NCBI GenBank assembly: GCA_040954595.2
Contig: CM082585.2
Location: 2,758,902-2,822,901, forward strand
Source: Balanoglossus misakiensis
Taxonomy: Eukaryota > Animalia > Hemichordata
Direction: 5' to 3'
DNA length: 64,000 nt
Shown: piece after piece, positions 11,585 through 26,400 of the stretch
How positions within the stretch are numbered: position 1 is the first letter of the stretch
How the letters are laid out: every line of letters starts with the position of its first letter
Program-made: the position numbers and the translations under genes
The notes under the pieces: generated by a model
Told to the model about the DNA's origin: nothing
Seen by the model: only the letters and a program-made list of their open reading frames with translations
Databases searched by the model: none

Positions 11585-14500
11585 ATGGCAACCAACAGTC
11601 AAGATCTAGCCATAAAAATAAAGGTTCTGGAAGAACCTGAAGAGCGTTACGCCGCAACTGGACCCTTCTACAACTTAACAGCAATCGACGACAACGGCCA
11701 CTTCCACGAAATTAAAATCTGGAAAGACGGGTGCGTCGATAAATTCACAAAAGGCACATTTCTGGAACTACGGCGGTTCACTAATTGTCGAGACGGTGGG
11801 ATTGGCGTCAACAAATATACCAAGGTGAACACTTGTCTTGACCCTTTAATCGTCAGTTCCCTCTATAAACCTCAAAACTCGACATCGCATGATATTACAA
11901 TTCCGATAGATCTCGTCTTTTCTCTCTACTAAACGGCAACGTCAAAAGATTGATGTTTACAAAAAAAATGATCAAGTTTGGGGGTTGGGTTTTTGGGCCA
12001 AATTCATGTCTGCAGTCAAAAACGATTCGACTTTTTGGCAAAACGAAAGATTTCAAGACTGCTTTTTGTTGTGTTGCAATATGAATATTTTTGTCAATTA
12101 ATAATGGTTTTCTGTTTTCACTCAATTTAATAGTACGCTGTCTGAAAGAATTAATGCAGGGTACGCTTCGAATGTTTTTCAATTTTCGGTCTGTTTAGTT
12201 AGAGTGGGGGGTGGGTCTGAGACCAAACTTTTAAACAATTAAGTTACTTTTATTGAACTTTAGATCTTGCCCCTAATTTATTCAAAAACGAGATTTATTT
12301 CATGACCCATTCCCGAATTTTCACTTACATGTTGTAATCTTTAAATAATATCGCTTTACATTTTAATTGATTTTTTCCCCTTTTTGCCGTAGATTGCCCG
12401 TACTGGGAACAATGCATTCAAAGTTGAAAAAGAACAGGAGAAACTATTCAATGAACCAGAGGAGGTCCCACTAGCTGATTTACAGCACTCGCCCCGAAAA
12501 AGGAGGGTCAGTGTTGTGGCTAGAATTGATAAGGTAATCACATATGCACACATTATGACAAAATATTTTGTTTACTCAGACAATAACGCCTACTTTCCCC
12601 CAATAGATTTCTATGCAAATTGACTGTTCTCCCCATGATTCCTCACAGTGATGACTAATTTCTACAACATTGCAGGTTAAAATTCTTATCTTGATGATTT
12701 CTGATTGTCATCCAAAATTATACAGGCAGAAAATGCTTCGGTGAGAATAAAATAATTTCACATCAATAACTGTAAACTTACCATACTAAACAACACCTTT
12801 TCTTACTCTTATTTCACCAATTGACTAGCATTACTTGTACCAGTCAAGACACATTTCCATTGCACAGTATCACCTTGCAATTTAATTTCTTTACATTTAG
12901 GTTTCGCACGAACAGCAAACAACAAATAAAACACGTAGAACAGATATCGTTTTAACAGATGGTTTGAGGTCAATGCAAATGAACCTTTGGGGCAAACAGT
13001 GTGACCTGCAAGTCAGAGAAGGTGCAAAAGGGAAAATTGGACCAGTAATCGTAGACAAGTACAAGGATGTCAATCATGTCAATAGCACAGTCTCCACAAA
13101 AATAAAGGTCAGTATTCATCCACTGTCAAAATTCAGCCTCAGTATTTCTTGTTTCGACATATTTTTGTTTGAAATATCTTCAATTTCTAAAAGTAGATAA
13201 TAATTGATAATGACTCTCACAGTTTTTATGACCAGCCCTGCTCACAAATGTATATACTTTTCAATATAACAATTGAAAATGACTTTCTGTCCGGACAGAA
13301 AGTCAGGCTTTGTTGACACATGGAATCCAATCTAACCCCTGCTGTGCCTATACAACTAAATGTACACAGATTCAGCCATGCATAACATTTATAGAACCCA
13401 CACTGAAGAGGTTTGATTGTCCCAAATCTAGTAAATGTTTGAAGAAACTCGCAAAAATTCACATATGCACCATTTCTGTTGTAAACAAACCTGTCGGTCA
13501 TTTCAAATTTTACAGGCAATATTTAGGGTTTGCACATAGTTACAGCAGCACAAATCTTGCTAATATCTTCATTATCTAGTATTCCAAGATGAATGCGGAA
13601 AAAACAGGAAATTTTTGATGATGAAAAATTGTCAAAATGAGAAATACTGGGGCTTCAATGTGTTTTCTAACAGTCACTACACACTATCAACACTACGATA
13701 CAGATATTTCAGATTCACTAATATGTCTCATACTTATTTTCAGACTATAGAAGATGATGCTGAAATTCTTGAGGCAAATGGTACACTTCAAGGAATAGAC
13801 ACAGACGAGAAGTTAGTACATCTTCATTATCACTTCCACACATGTCAGTGTGGCGTTATCTTTGGCTAAACTACTGGACAAACGACACCAAATTTAAATT
13901 CTTCATATTGGACAACGTCTGATGGTGATCTCATCTGCCAAAAATACTATTAATACACGATCATGCACTCTGTTCTGACCAGTAGTATAACCTGGTTATG
14001 ATTAAAAATGTCACTTTTACAACCAAGTTGTATATTGTCAATTTCACATCCATTGAAAATACTTACATCATAACATTTTAGTATTTGGCACAAACCAACT
14101 TGGCTTTCCTTGGGACATGTGAAGAAAATCATAGCTGTGTTGTCTTCCCCTTTCAAAAAGTTCATCCAAAAAATGCGCGAACTTTTTTTTCTCTTCCACA
14201 GATGTCTGGTCATAGATGGTGTGTACACGCCATACAAGGCAGATATCAGTTCCCTTGGCTCCGAAGAGGACATTATATCCAAACTGCCAGTGCAGATTGT
14301 ATACAAGAAAGACAACGGAACAGTTGTACAATTGAGGTAAAACTACTTTTTCGGTCTGCTGTCGGTGACAACTGAGCTCATCACATTGGTGGAATGTCTG
14401 TCATGGTGTACAGGTTTCTATGGATATTTTCAGTAACATGTATTCAGATTGTCCTGACATATGCAGGATTGGATTTTTGGAGCAAATGTTGCCATTCTTT

Positions 14501-14899
14501 GTTTGTTAAAAATATCTGAAACCAATGGTCCAATTGCTTTGAAACTTCGTTTGCAAGCTTCCTAGAGATTTCCTTACTCGCTTAAAATTGTAGTGAACTT
14601 TGAATAATTCTCTCTTGAGGGCAATTCTTTCCGTTTTTTGACCAAATCATTTTCTCTGAATCCACTTATCAGATTTCTTTCAAGTTTGGTGTGTAGGATC
14701 TTGGAGATTGTATTAGTAAGATGTAACCAAATTGTCCTGAAATAAATATTTCAAGATCTCCAGACATCTTAAAGTTGCTTGACAATGAATATCAGTCAGG
14801 TTGCAAACATTAGATTATTTTTATCACCCATTCTTACAATGTAATTATTTGCCTCTTATTTCCAGGTACAGAACCAAACCTAGCAAGGGCAAATGCTGA
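11585..14899 (+). CDS. Spliced gene for a ~264-274 aa tandem OB-fold-like (RPA/HIN-200-like) putative nucleic-acid-binding protein. Coding exons: 11585-11824, 12393-12533, 12901-13107, 13744-13811, 14202-14336, 14866-14899 (or ending at TAA 14340 if the last intron is not used)
   Basis: All introns GT..AG with pyrimidine tracts; phases consistent (0,0,0,2,2); no stops. Two repeats of a beta-rich pattern: IKIKVLE..LTAIDDNGHFHEIKIW..KFTKGTFLEL and VSVVARIDKV..IVLTDGLRSMQMNLWG..VREG..VNSTVSTKI. The fold is assigned by eye. Confidence 0.8.
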
Positions 14900-15059
14900 G
14901 CTTTCCCTACCATACATCACATTCTTTTACAATGACTATGTAGGCGCATTGCTAGGATTTCAATGTTTTCAGCCACTATTAGAGTGGTGAATAGTTTCAG
15001 TTTTGTTACCCACACGAACTTGTTAGACATTAGAATTTAAGATAGTTTCTTCAAAAATA

Positions 15060-15620
15060 TTTTAGAAGTCTTTTTCATCAAACGTGCACATCAGACGACT
15101 TTGATATTTGGTACTCAGACACAGGAATGACAGTAATAAGATTTTTTAAAAGTGTGCTTAAAATATGTACATTTGTGTTTTGAGGCAGTTTGTTCATTAA
15201 TTCATTTGAACTCTCCTCCAAAAAAATGCACATTGGACAGCTTTGATATTAGGTATTCAAAAGCCCAGGAATGACAGTGAATAGAGTTTTTTTCAGTGTG
15301 CTTAAAATATGCAAATTTGTGTTTTAAGGCTGTTTGCTCAGTTCTTTTGAAATCTTCCTAAAATACTGCACATCAGATGGCTTTGATATTAGGTATTCAG
15401 AAGCCTAGGGATAACAGTAAATAGATTTTTTAAGTGTCCTTTAAAAGTAATAATTTGTGTTTTAAAGCAGTTTGTTCAGAAATTCTTTTCAAATCTTCCT
15501 AAAATACTGTACATGGGATGGCTTTGATATTTGGCATTCAGAAACCCAGGGATAACAGTAATCAGATTGTTTTTATTAAATGTGCTTAAAATATGCAAAG
15601 TTATGTTTTAAGGCATTTTT
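15060..15620. repeat. Degenerate ~140-bp tandem repeat, about 4 copies
   Basis: ctttgatatt(t/a)gg(t/c)a(t/c)tca...agg(a/g)at(g/a)acagt...gtgcttaaaatatg recurs near 15100, 15241, 15381 and 15522. Confidence 0.7.
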
Positions 15621-17404
15621 TTGTCAAGTTCACTTTTCTATCAGAGTACTCCTAATAGCTTTAACATTTACTATGCACATTTTTCGGGATGTGAGATGAA
15701 TCATTTGATCGAGGTGTAGGAAAACCCACAAATTTGTATTTGGGGGGGGGAGACCATTTTCACCAATATTTCTAATACGAGCTACACTTATATAGCTGGC
15801 ATAAAATATGTGGTGTGTACGTCTTCCAGACCATTCTCATCCATAGTAAGTTCTAAGACAATTGTTGCTTTTTTAAAATTTGTTTACTTTGTTCCTGTTC
15901 TTGTGTCTGTTAAAATTAACGCAACTTCACACTTTGTATCCACACCAATGTGAGCTTTTACCTACCAGATATCTGATTCTGTTGCCAATGTAGGACACAT
16001 TCATTTTCTTACCAGATGTTTGAATTATTACAACCACTAGTGTAGAACAGCGATATTTTCTACATCTGTTTTGGTACACATACCAATGCAGGTTTATAGC
16101 ACAATTCAGCATCGATATATTGCAAAAAACCTTGAGAACTGCTGTAGTTTCATTCAAATGAAGGTGACATTGCCCAAATTATACTAAGCTCAAATGTGGA
16201 AAATTGACTCCAGAACTGCTGTTCGGATTGCTTTGAAAATTGGTATGCAGTACCTTGAGTAGACCACCTGTTGTGAAGAGATCTTTAGTTTTCTATTTTT
16301 TGGTGTTTTATCCCTATTTGGGGAAATTGTTAGTTCTGATCAATAAAACTTCTCTAAAAGTATTTGTCTGCTGTGTCTGAAATTTGGTGTTAAAGTCCCT
16401 ATGGGTGTTATGTGTTACGAAACCTCAAATTGGTGTTTTAGGAAATTTTCTCATTAAACTTGAATGACCTACACTAACCCTGGGTATGATGCAAGACCAT
16501 AATGAAAGCAGAGGACAATTTTTCTCACATTTCGTATCAATCTGTAGTGAAATTTTATCAAGAAAACAAATCTGACGTTAATTTTTTTGTTCAGGAACTG
16601 GTATAAGACTCCTTTTTTACTATTCCATGTTGGATATTGGATCTCATCCATAGCTCTACACATTTTATTTAAAATGCAAACGATACAAAGCTCAACCTGC
16701 AACCTCGAATATGTAAGAGCGCCCTCAACAGCAATGGTTAGCCCTCTGACTTCATCCTCTCTTCTATTAACACACGAGGGCACACCTGTTGCATCACAAC
16801 CACCTCAATTTCCAGTACCCCTTGCCAAGTTAAGGGACGATGTCAAAGGATTCAGGTCTGATAAAAATCTAACTTCTTGAAGTTTAGGGGGTGGGGGTTT
16901 TGACCCAAAAAAGTGTTCCATCGAACAAAATAGTTGAGTAAGTCGAGAATTCTTTACATTGCATATTCTTATTCTATAAGCAGAAAAATCAATCAAGACC
17001 TGATGTAAACTCAGAATTGAAAAGAAATGTTTTCATTCAAATATTGTCTAAATATCAATATGTGTGATAGTGTACTTTTCTATCCTGGTTATGGTTTAAA
17101 TATGGAGTTGTCACAATAATGAAATAATGAGAGGCACTGATCAGTATTCAACAATTAGGTTACAAGGGGGAGTGCAGGGGTTTCAAGCTAAACTTATTTT
17201 TTGTTATTTGACATCGTCCATAACCCCTTACAAAAATTGACAAGGCAACAATTCCACAAATATGTTTACATTTCACAATGGTGCAACACACAACCCTTAC
17301 ACCATATACACTATAAACCAACATGGTTTAACACTGGTTTTTCTTATCTTGTTATTCTGTCAACCAATCACAGTACTGCACGTGAGCATATTCAGTTAAT
17401 ATCT

Positions 17405-20400
17405 GGTTTTGAGTGTTTGGTGGGGTCAACCTTTGCGTCAACATTAACCAGAGCACACAGTAACCAGGCCAGAGTGGACAGTATGTTGCCCATTAATTTT
17501 GAGTGTTTGGTGGGGACAACCTGTGCGTCAACATTAACCAGAGCACACAGTAACCAGGCAAGAGTGGACAGTATGCTGCCCATTTATTTTGAATGTTTGG
17601 TGGGGTCAACCTTTGCGTCAACATTAACCAGAGCACACAGTAACCAGGCCAGAGTGGACAGTATGCTGCCCATTAATTTTGAGTGTTTGGTGGGGTCAAC
17701 CTTTGCGTCAACATTAACCAGAGCACACAGTAACCAGGCCAGAGTGTACAGTATGCTGCCCATTAATTTTGAGTGTTTGGTGGGGTCAACCTATGCGTCA
17801 ACATTAACCAGGGCACACAGTAACCAGGCCAGAGTGGACAGTATGCTGCCCATTAATTTTGAGTGTTTGGTGGGGTCAACCTTTTCGTCAACATTAACCA
17901 GAGCACACAGTAACAAGGTCAGAGTGGACAGTATACTGCCCATTAATTTTGAGTGTTTGGTAGGGGTCAACCTTTGCGTCAACATTAACCAGAGCAAACA
18001 TTAACCAGGCAAGAGTGTACAGTATTCTGCCCATTAATTTTGAGTGTTTAGTGGGGTCAACCTTTGCGTCAACATTATCCAGGGCACACAGTAACCAGGC
18101 AAGAGTGGACAGTATGCTGCCCGTTAATTTTGAGTGTTTGGTGGGGTTAACCTGTGCGTCAACATTAACCAGAGCACACAGTAACCAGGCCAGAGTGGAC
18201 AGTATTCTGCCCATTAATTTTGAATGTTTAGTAGGGTCATTCTGTGTGTCAACATTAACCAGAGCACACAGTAACCAGGCCAGAGTGGACAGTATGCTGC
18301 CCATTAATTTTGAGTGTTTGGTGGGGTTAACCTGTGCGTCAACATTAACCAGAGAACACAGTAACCAGGCCAGAGTGGACAGTATGCTGCCCATAAATTT
18401 TGAGTGTTTGGTGGGGTCAACCTTTGCGTCAACATTAACCAGAGCACACAGTAACCAGGTCAGAGTGTACAGTACGCTGCCCATTAATTTTGAGTGTTTG
18501 GTGGGGTCAACCTTTGCGTCAACATTAACCAGGCCAGACAGTAATCAGGCCACAGGCCAGAGTGGACAGTATGTTGCCCATTAATTTTGAGTATTTGGTG
18601 GGGTCAACCTGTGTGTCAACATTAACCAGGCCAGACAGTAACCAGGCCAGAGTGGACAGTATGCTGCCCATTAATTTTGAGTGTTTGGTGGGGTCAACCT
18701 TTGCGTCAACATTAACCAGGCCAGACAGTAACCAGGCAAGAGTGGACAGTATGCTGCCCATTAATTGTGAGTGTTTGGTGGGGTCAACCTTTCCGTTAAC
18801 ATTAACCAGAGCACACAGTAACCAGGCCAGAGTGGACAGTATGCTGCCCATTAATTTTTAGTATTTGGTGGGGTCAACCTTTGTGTCAATATTAACCAGA
18901 GCACACACTAACCAGGCAAGAGTGGACAGTATGCTACCCATTAATTTTGAATGTTTAGTAGGGTCATTCTGTGTGTCAACATTAACCACAGCACACAGTA
19001 ACCAGGCCAGAGTGGACAGTATGCTGCCCATTAATTTCGAGTGTTTGGTGGGATCAACCGTTGCGTCAACATTAACCAGGGCAGACAGTAACCAGGCGGA
19101 GATTGGACAGTATTCTGCCCATTAATTTCGAGTGTTTGGTGGGGTCAACCTTTGCGTCAACATTAACCAGGCCAGACAGTAACCAGACCAGAGTGGACAG
19201 TATTCTGCCAATTAATTTCGAGTGTTTGGTGGGGTCAACCTTTGCGTCAACATTAACCAGGCAAGACAGTAACCAGTCCAGAGTGGACAGTATTCTGCCC
19301 ATTAATTTCGAGTGTTTGGTGGGGTCAACCTTTGCGTCAACATTAACCAGGCAAGACAGTAACCAGGCCAGAGTGGACAGTATTCTGCCCATTAATTTCG
19401 AGTGTTTGGTGGGGTCAACCTTTGCGTCAACATTAACCAGGCCAGACAGTAACAAGACCAGAGTGGACAGTATTCTGCCAATTAATTTCGAGTGTTTGGT
19501 GGGGTCAACCTTTGCGTCAACATTAACCAGGCCAGACAGTAACAAGACCAGAGTGGACAGTATTCTGCCCATTAATTTCGAGTGTTTGGTGGGGTCAACC
19601 TTTGCGTCAACATTAACCAGGCAAGACAGTAACCAGGCCAGAGTGGACAGTATTCTGCCCATTAATTTCGAGTGTTTGGTGGGGTCAACCTTTGCGTCAA
19701 CATTAACCAGGCCAGACAGTAATCAGGCCACAGGCCAGAGTGGACAGTATGTTGCCCATTAATTTTGAGTATTTGGTGGGGTCAACCTGTGTGTCAACAT
19801 TAACCAGGCCAGACAGTAACCAGGCCAGAGTGGACAGTATGCTGCCCATTAATTTTGAGTGTTTGGTGGGGTCAACCTTTGCGTCAACATTAACCAGGCC
19901 AGACAGTAACCAGGCCAGAGTGGACAGTATGCTGCCCATTAATTTTGAGTGTTTGGTGGGGTCAACCTTTGCGTCAACATTAACCAGAGCACACAGTAAC
20001 CAGGCCAGAGTGGACAGTATGCTGCCCATTAATTGTGAGTGTTTGGTGGGGTCAACCTTTCCGTTAACATTATCCAGAGCACACAGTAACCAGGCCAGAG
20101 TGGACAGTATGCTGCCCATTAATTTTTAGTATTTGGTGGGGTCAACCTTTGTGTCAATATTAACCAGAGCACACACTAACCAGGCAAGAGTGGACAGTAT
20201 GCTACCCATTAATTTTGAATGTTTAGTAGGGTCATTCTGTGTGTCAACATTAACCACAGCACACAGTAACCAGGCCAGAGTGGACAGTATGCTGCCCATT
20301 AATTTCGAGTGTTTGGTGGGATCAACCGTTGCGTCAACATTAACCAGGGCAGACAGTAACCAGGCGGAGATTGGACAGTATTCTGCCCATTAATTTCGAG

Positions 20401-23400
20401 TGTTTGGTGGGGTCAACCTTTGCGTCAACATTAACCAGGCCAGACAGTAACCAGACCAGAGTGGACAGTATTCTGCCAATTAATTTCGAGTGTTTGGTGG
20501 GGTCAACCTTTGCGTCAACATTAACCAGGCAAGACAGTAACCAGTCCAGAGTGGACAGTATTCTGCCCATTAATTTCGAGTGTTTGGTGGGGTCAACCTT
20601 TGCGTCAACATTAACCAGGCAAGACAGTAACCAGGCCAGAGTGGACAGTATTCTGCCCATTAATTTCGAGTGTTTGGTGGGGTCAACCTTTGCGTCAACA
20701 TTAACCAGGCCAGACAGTAACAAGACCAGAGTGGACAGTATTCTGCCAATTAATTTCGAGTGTTTGGTGGGGTCAACCTTTGCGTCAACATTAACCAGGC
20801 CAGACAGTAACAAGACCAGAGTGGACAGTATTCTGCCCATTAATTTCGAGTGTTTGGTGGGGTCAACCTTTGCGTCAACATTAACCAGGCAAGACAGTAA
20901 CCAGGCCAGAGTGGACAGTATTCTGCCCATTAATTTCGAGTGTTTGGTGGGGTCAACCTTTGCGTCAACATTAACCAGGCCAAACAGTAACAAGGCCAGA
21001 GTGGACAGTATTCTGCCCATTAATTTCGAGTGTTTGGTTGGGTCAACCTTTGCGTCAACATTAACCAGGCCAGACAGTAACCAGGCGGAGAGTGGACAGT
21101 ATTCTGCCCATTAATTTCGAGTGTTTGGTGGGGTCAACCATTGCTTCAACATTAACCAGGCCAGACAGTAACACGGCCAGAGTGGACAGTATCCTGCCCA
21201 TTAATTTCGAGTGTTTGGTTGGGTCAACCTTTGCGTCAACATTAACCCGGCCTGAAAGTAACCAGGCAGAGAGTGGACAGTATTCTGCCCATTAATTTCG
21301 AGTGTTTGGTGGGGTCAACCTTTGCGTCAACATTAACCAGGCCAGACAGTAACCAGACCAGAGTGGACAGTATTCTGCCAATTAATTTCGAGTGTTTGGT
21401 GGGGTCAACCTTTGCGTCAACATTAACCAGGCAAGACAGTAACCAGTCCAGAGTGGACAGTATTCTGCCCATTAATTTCGAGTGTTTGGTGGGGTCAACC
21501 TTTGCGTCAACATTAACCAGGCAAGACAGTAACCAGGCCAGAGTGGACAGTATTCTGCCCATTAATTTCGAGTGTTTGGTGGGGTCAACCTTTGCGTCAA
21601 CATTAACCAGGCCAGACAGTAACAAGACCAGAGTGGACAGTATTCTGCCAATTAATTTCGAGTGTTTGGTGGGGTCAACCTTTGCGTCAACATTAACCAG
21701 GCCAGACAGTAACAAGACCAGAGTGGACAGTATTCTGCCCATTAATTTCGAGTGTTTGGTGGGGTCAACCTTTGCGTCAACATTAACCAGGCAAGACAGT
21801 AACCAGGCCAGAGTGGACAGTATTCTGCCCATTAATTTCGAGTGTTTGGTGGGGTCAACCTTTGCGTCAACATTAACCAGGCCAAACAGTAACAAGGCCA
21901 GAGTGGACAGTATTCTGCCCATTAATTTCGAGTGTTTGGTTGGGTCAACCTTTGCGTCAACATTAACCAGGCCAGACAGTAACCAGGCGGAGAGTGGACA
22001 GTATTCTGCCCATTAATTTCGAGTGTTTGGTGGGGTCAACCATTGCTTCAACATTAACCAGGCCAGACAGTAACACGGCCAGAGTGGACAGTATCCTGCC
22101 CATTAATTTCGAGTGTTTGGTTGGGTCAACCTTTGCGTCAACATTAACCCGGCCTGAAAGTAACCAGGCAGAGAGTGGACAGTATTCTGCCCATTAATTT
22201 CGAGTGTTTGGTGGGGTCAACCGTTGCGTCAACATTAACCAGGCCAGACAGTAACCAGGCGGAGAGTGGACAGTATTCTGCCTATTAATTTCGAGTGTTT
22301 GGTTGGGTCAACCTTTGCGTCAACATTAACCAGGCCTGGAAGTAACCAGGCGGAGATTGGACAGTATTCTGCCCATGAATTTCAAGTGTTTGGTGGGGTC
22401 AACCTTTGCGTCAACATTAACCAGGCCAGACAGTAACAAGGCCAGAGTGGACAGTATCCTGCCCATTAATTTCGAGTGTTTGGTGGGGTCAACCTTTGCG
22501 TCAACATTAACCAGGCCAGACAGTAACCAGGCGGAGATTGGACAGTATTCTGCCCATTAATTTCGAGTGTTTGGTGGGGTCAACCGTTGCGTCAACATTA
22601 ACCAGACCAGACAGTATCCTGGCTAGAGTGGACAGTATCCTGTCCATTAATTTTGAGTGTCTGGTGGGGTCAACCGTTGCGTCAACATTAACCAGGCCAG
22701 ACAGTAACCAGGCGGAGAGTGGACAGTATTCTGCCTATTAATTTCGAGTGTTTGGTTGGGTCAACCTTTGCGTCAACATTAACCAGGCCTGGAAGTAACC
22801 AGGCGGAGAGTGGACAGTATTCTGCCCATGAATTTCAAGTGTTTGGTGGGGTCAACCTTTGCGTCAACATTAACCAGGCCAGACAGTAACAAGGCCAGAG
22901 TGGACAGTATCCTGCCCATTAATTTCGAGTGTTTGGTGGGGTCAACCTTTGCGTCAACATTAACCAGGCCAGACAGTAACCAGGCGGAGATTGGACAGTA
23001 TTCTGCCCATTAATTTCGAGTGTTTGGTGGGGTCAACCGTTGCGTCAACATTAACCAGACCAGACAGTATCCTGGCTAGAGTGGACAGTATCCTGTCCAT
23101 TAATTTTGAGTGTCTGGTGGGGTCAACCTTGTGTCAACATTAACCAGACCAGACAGTAACCAGGCCAGAGTGGACAGTATTCTGCCCGTTAATTACGAGT
23201 GTTTGGTGGGGTCAACCTTTGCGTCAACATTAACCAGACCAGACAGTATCCTGGCCAGAGTGGACAGTATTCTGCCCATCAATTTCGAGTGTTTGGTGGG
23301 GTCAACCTTTGCGTCAACATTAACCAGACCAGACAGTATCCTGGCCAGAGTGGACAGTATTCTGCCTATTAATTTTGAGTGTCTGGTGGGGTCAACCTGT

Positions 23401-26400
23401 GCGTCAACATTAACCAGGCCAGACAGTATCCTGACCAGAGTGGACAGTATCCTGTCCATTAATTTTGAGTGTCTGGTGGGGTCAACCTTTGCGTCAACAA
23501 TAACCAGGCCAGACAGTATCCTGGCCAGAGTGGACAGTATCCTGTCCATTAATTTTGAGTGTCAACATTAACCAGGCCAGACAGTATCCTGGCCAGAGTG
23601 GACAGTATCCTGTCTATTAATTTTGAGTGTCTGGTGGGGTCAACCTTTGCGTCAACATTAACCAGGCCAGACAGTATCCTGGCCAGAGTGGACAGTATTT
23701 TGCCCATGAATTTCGAGTGTTTGGTGGGGTCAACCTTTGCGTCAACATTAACCAGGCCAGACAGTAACCAGGCCAGAGTGGACAGTATCCTGCCCATGAA
23801 TTTCGACTGTTTGGTGGGGTCAACCTTTGCGTCAACATTTACCAGGCCTGAAAGTAACCAGGCGGAGAGTGGACAGTATTCTGCCCATGAATTTCAAGTA
23901 TTTGGTGGGGTCAACTTTTGCGTCAACATTAACCAGGCCAGACAGTATCCTGGCCAGAGTGGACAGTATTCTGCCCATGAATTTCAAGTGTTTGGTGGGG
24001 TCAACCTTTGCGTCAACATTAACCAGGCCAGACAGTAACAAGGCCAGAGTGGACAGTATCCTGCCCATTAATTTCGAGTGTTTGGTTGGGTCAACCTTTG
24101 CGTCAACATTAACCAGGCCAGACAGTAACAAGGCCAGAGTGGACAGTATCCTGCCCATTAATTTCGAGTGTTTGGTGGGGTCAACCTTTGCGTCAACATT
24201 AACCAGGCCAGACAGTAACAAGGCCAGAGTGGACAGTATCCTGCCCATTAATTTTGAGTGTTTGGTGGGGTCAACCTTTCCGTCAACATTAACCAGGCCA
24301 GACAGTAACCAGACCAGAGTGGACAGTATTCTGCCCATTAATTTCGAGTGTTTGGTGGGGTCAACCTTTGCGTCAACATTAACCAGGCCAGACAGTAACA
24401 AGGCCAGAGTGGACAGTATCCTGCCCATTAATTTCGAGTGTTTGGTGGGGTCAACCTTTGCGTCAACATTAACCAGGCCAGACAGTAACAAGGCCAGAGT
24501 GGACAGTATCCTGCCCATCAATTTCGAGTGTTTGGTGGGGTCAACCTTTGCGTCAACATTAACCAGGCCAGACAGTAACCAGGCCAGAGTGGACAGTATC
24601 CTGCCCATTAATTTCGAGTGTTTGGTGGGGTCAACCTTTGCGTCAACATTAACCAGACCAGACAGTATCCTTGCCAGAGTGGACAGTATCCTGCCCATTA
24701 ATTTTGAGTGTCTGGTGGGGTCAACCTTGCGTCAACATTAACCAGACCAGACAGTATCCTGGCCAGAGTGGACAGTATTCTGCCCATTAATTTCGAGTGT
24801 TTGGTGGGCTCAACCTTTGCGTCAACATTAACCAGACCAGACAGTATCCTGGCCAGAGTGGACAGTATCCTGTCCATTAATTTTGAGTGTTTGGTGGGGT
24901 CAACCTTTGCATCAACATTAACCAGGCCAGACAGTAACCAGGCCAGAGTGGACAGTATCCTGTCCATTAATTTTGAGTGTCTGGTGTGGTCAAACTTTGC
25001 GTCAACATTAATCAGACCAGACAGTATCCTGGCCAGAGTGGACAGTATTCTGCCCATTAATTTCGAGTGTTTGGTGGGGTCAACCTTTGCGTCAACATTA
25101 ACCAGACCAGACAGTATCCTGGCCAGAGTGGACAGTATCCTGCCCATTAATTTTGAGTGTCTGGTGGGGTCAACCTTGCGTCAACATTAACCAGACCAGA
25201 CAGTATCCTGGCCAGAGTGGACAGTATTCTGCCCATTAATTTCGAGTGTTTGGTGGGCTCAACCTTTGCGTCAACATTAACCAGACCAGACAGTATCCTG
25301 GCCAGAGTGGACAGTATCCTGTCCATTAATTTTGAGTGTCTGGTGGGGTCAACCTTGTGTCAACATTAACCAGACCAGACAGTAACCAGGCCAGAGTGGA
25401 CAGTATTCTGCCCGTTAATTTCGAGTGTTTGGTGGCGTCAACCTTTGCGTCAACATTAACCAGACCAGACAGTATCCTGGCCAGAGTGGACAGTATTCTG
25501 CCCATTAATTTCGAGTGTTTGGTGGGGTCAACCTTTGCGTCAACATTAACCAGACCAGACAGTATCCTGGCCAGAGTGGACAGTATCCTGTCCATTAATT
25601 TTGAGTGTCTGGTGGGGTCAACCTTTGCGTCAACATTAACCAGGCCAGACAGTATCCTGGCCAGAGTGGACAGTATCCTGTCCATTAATTTTGAGTGTCA
25701 ACATTAACCAGGCCAGACAGTATCCTGGCCAGAGTGGACAGTATCCTGTCTATTAATTTTGAGTGTCTGGTGGGGTCAACCTTTGCGTCAACATTAACCA
25801 GGCCAGACAGTATCCTGGCCAGAGTGGACAGTATTCTGCCCATGAATTTCGAGTGTTTGGTGGGGTCAACCTTTGCGTCAACATTAACCAGGCCAGACAG
25901 TAACAAGGCCAGAGTGGACAGTATCCTGCCCATTAATTTCGAGTGTTTGGTGGGGTCAACCTTTGCGTCAACATTAACCAGGCCAGACAGTAACCAGGCC
26001 AGAGTGGACAATATCCTGCCCATGAATTTCGAGTGTTTGTTGGGGTCAACCTTTGCGTCAACATTAACCAGGCCTGAAAGTAACCAGGCGTAGAGTGGAC
26101 AGTATTCTGCCCATGAATTTCAAGTATTTGGTGGGGTCAACCTTTGCGTCAACATTAACCAGGCCAGACAGTATCCTGGCCAGAGTGGACAGTATTCTGC
26201 CCATGAATTTCAAGTGTTTGGTGGGGTCAACCTTTGCGTCAACATTAACCACGCCAGACATTAACAAGGCCAGAGTGGACAGTATCCTGCCCATTAATTT
26301 CGAGTGTTTGGTTGGGGCAACCTTTGCGTCAACATTAACCAGGCCAGACAGTAACAAGGCCAGAGTGGACAGTATCCTGCCCATTAATTTCGAGTGTTTG

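Noticed and set aside
16587-16880. 97-aa ORF or possible exon
   Set aside because: No consistent splice and frame model on either strand
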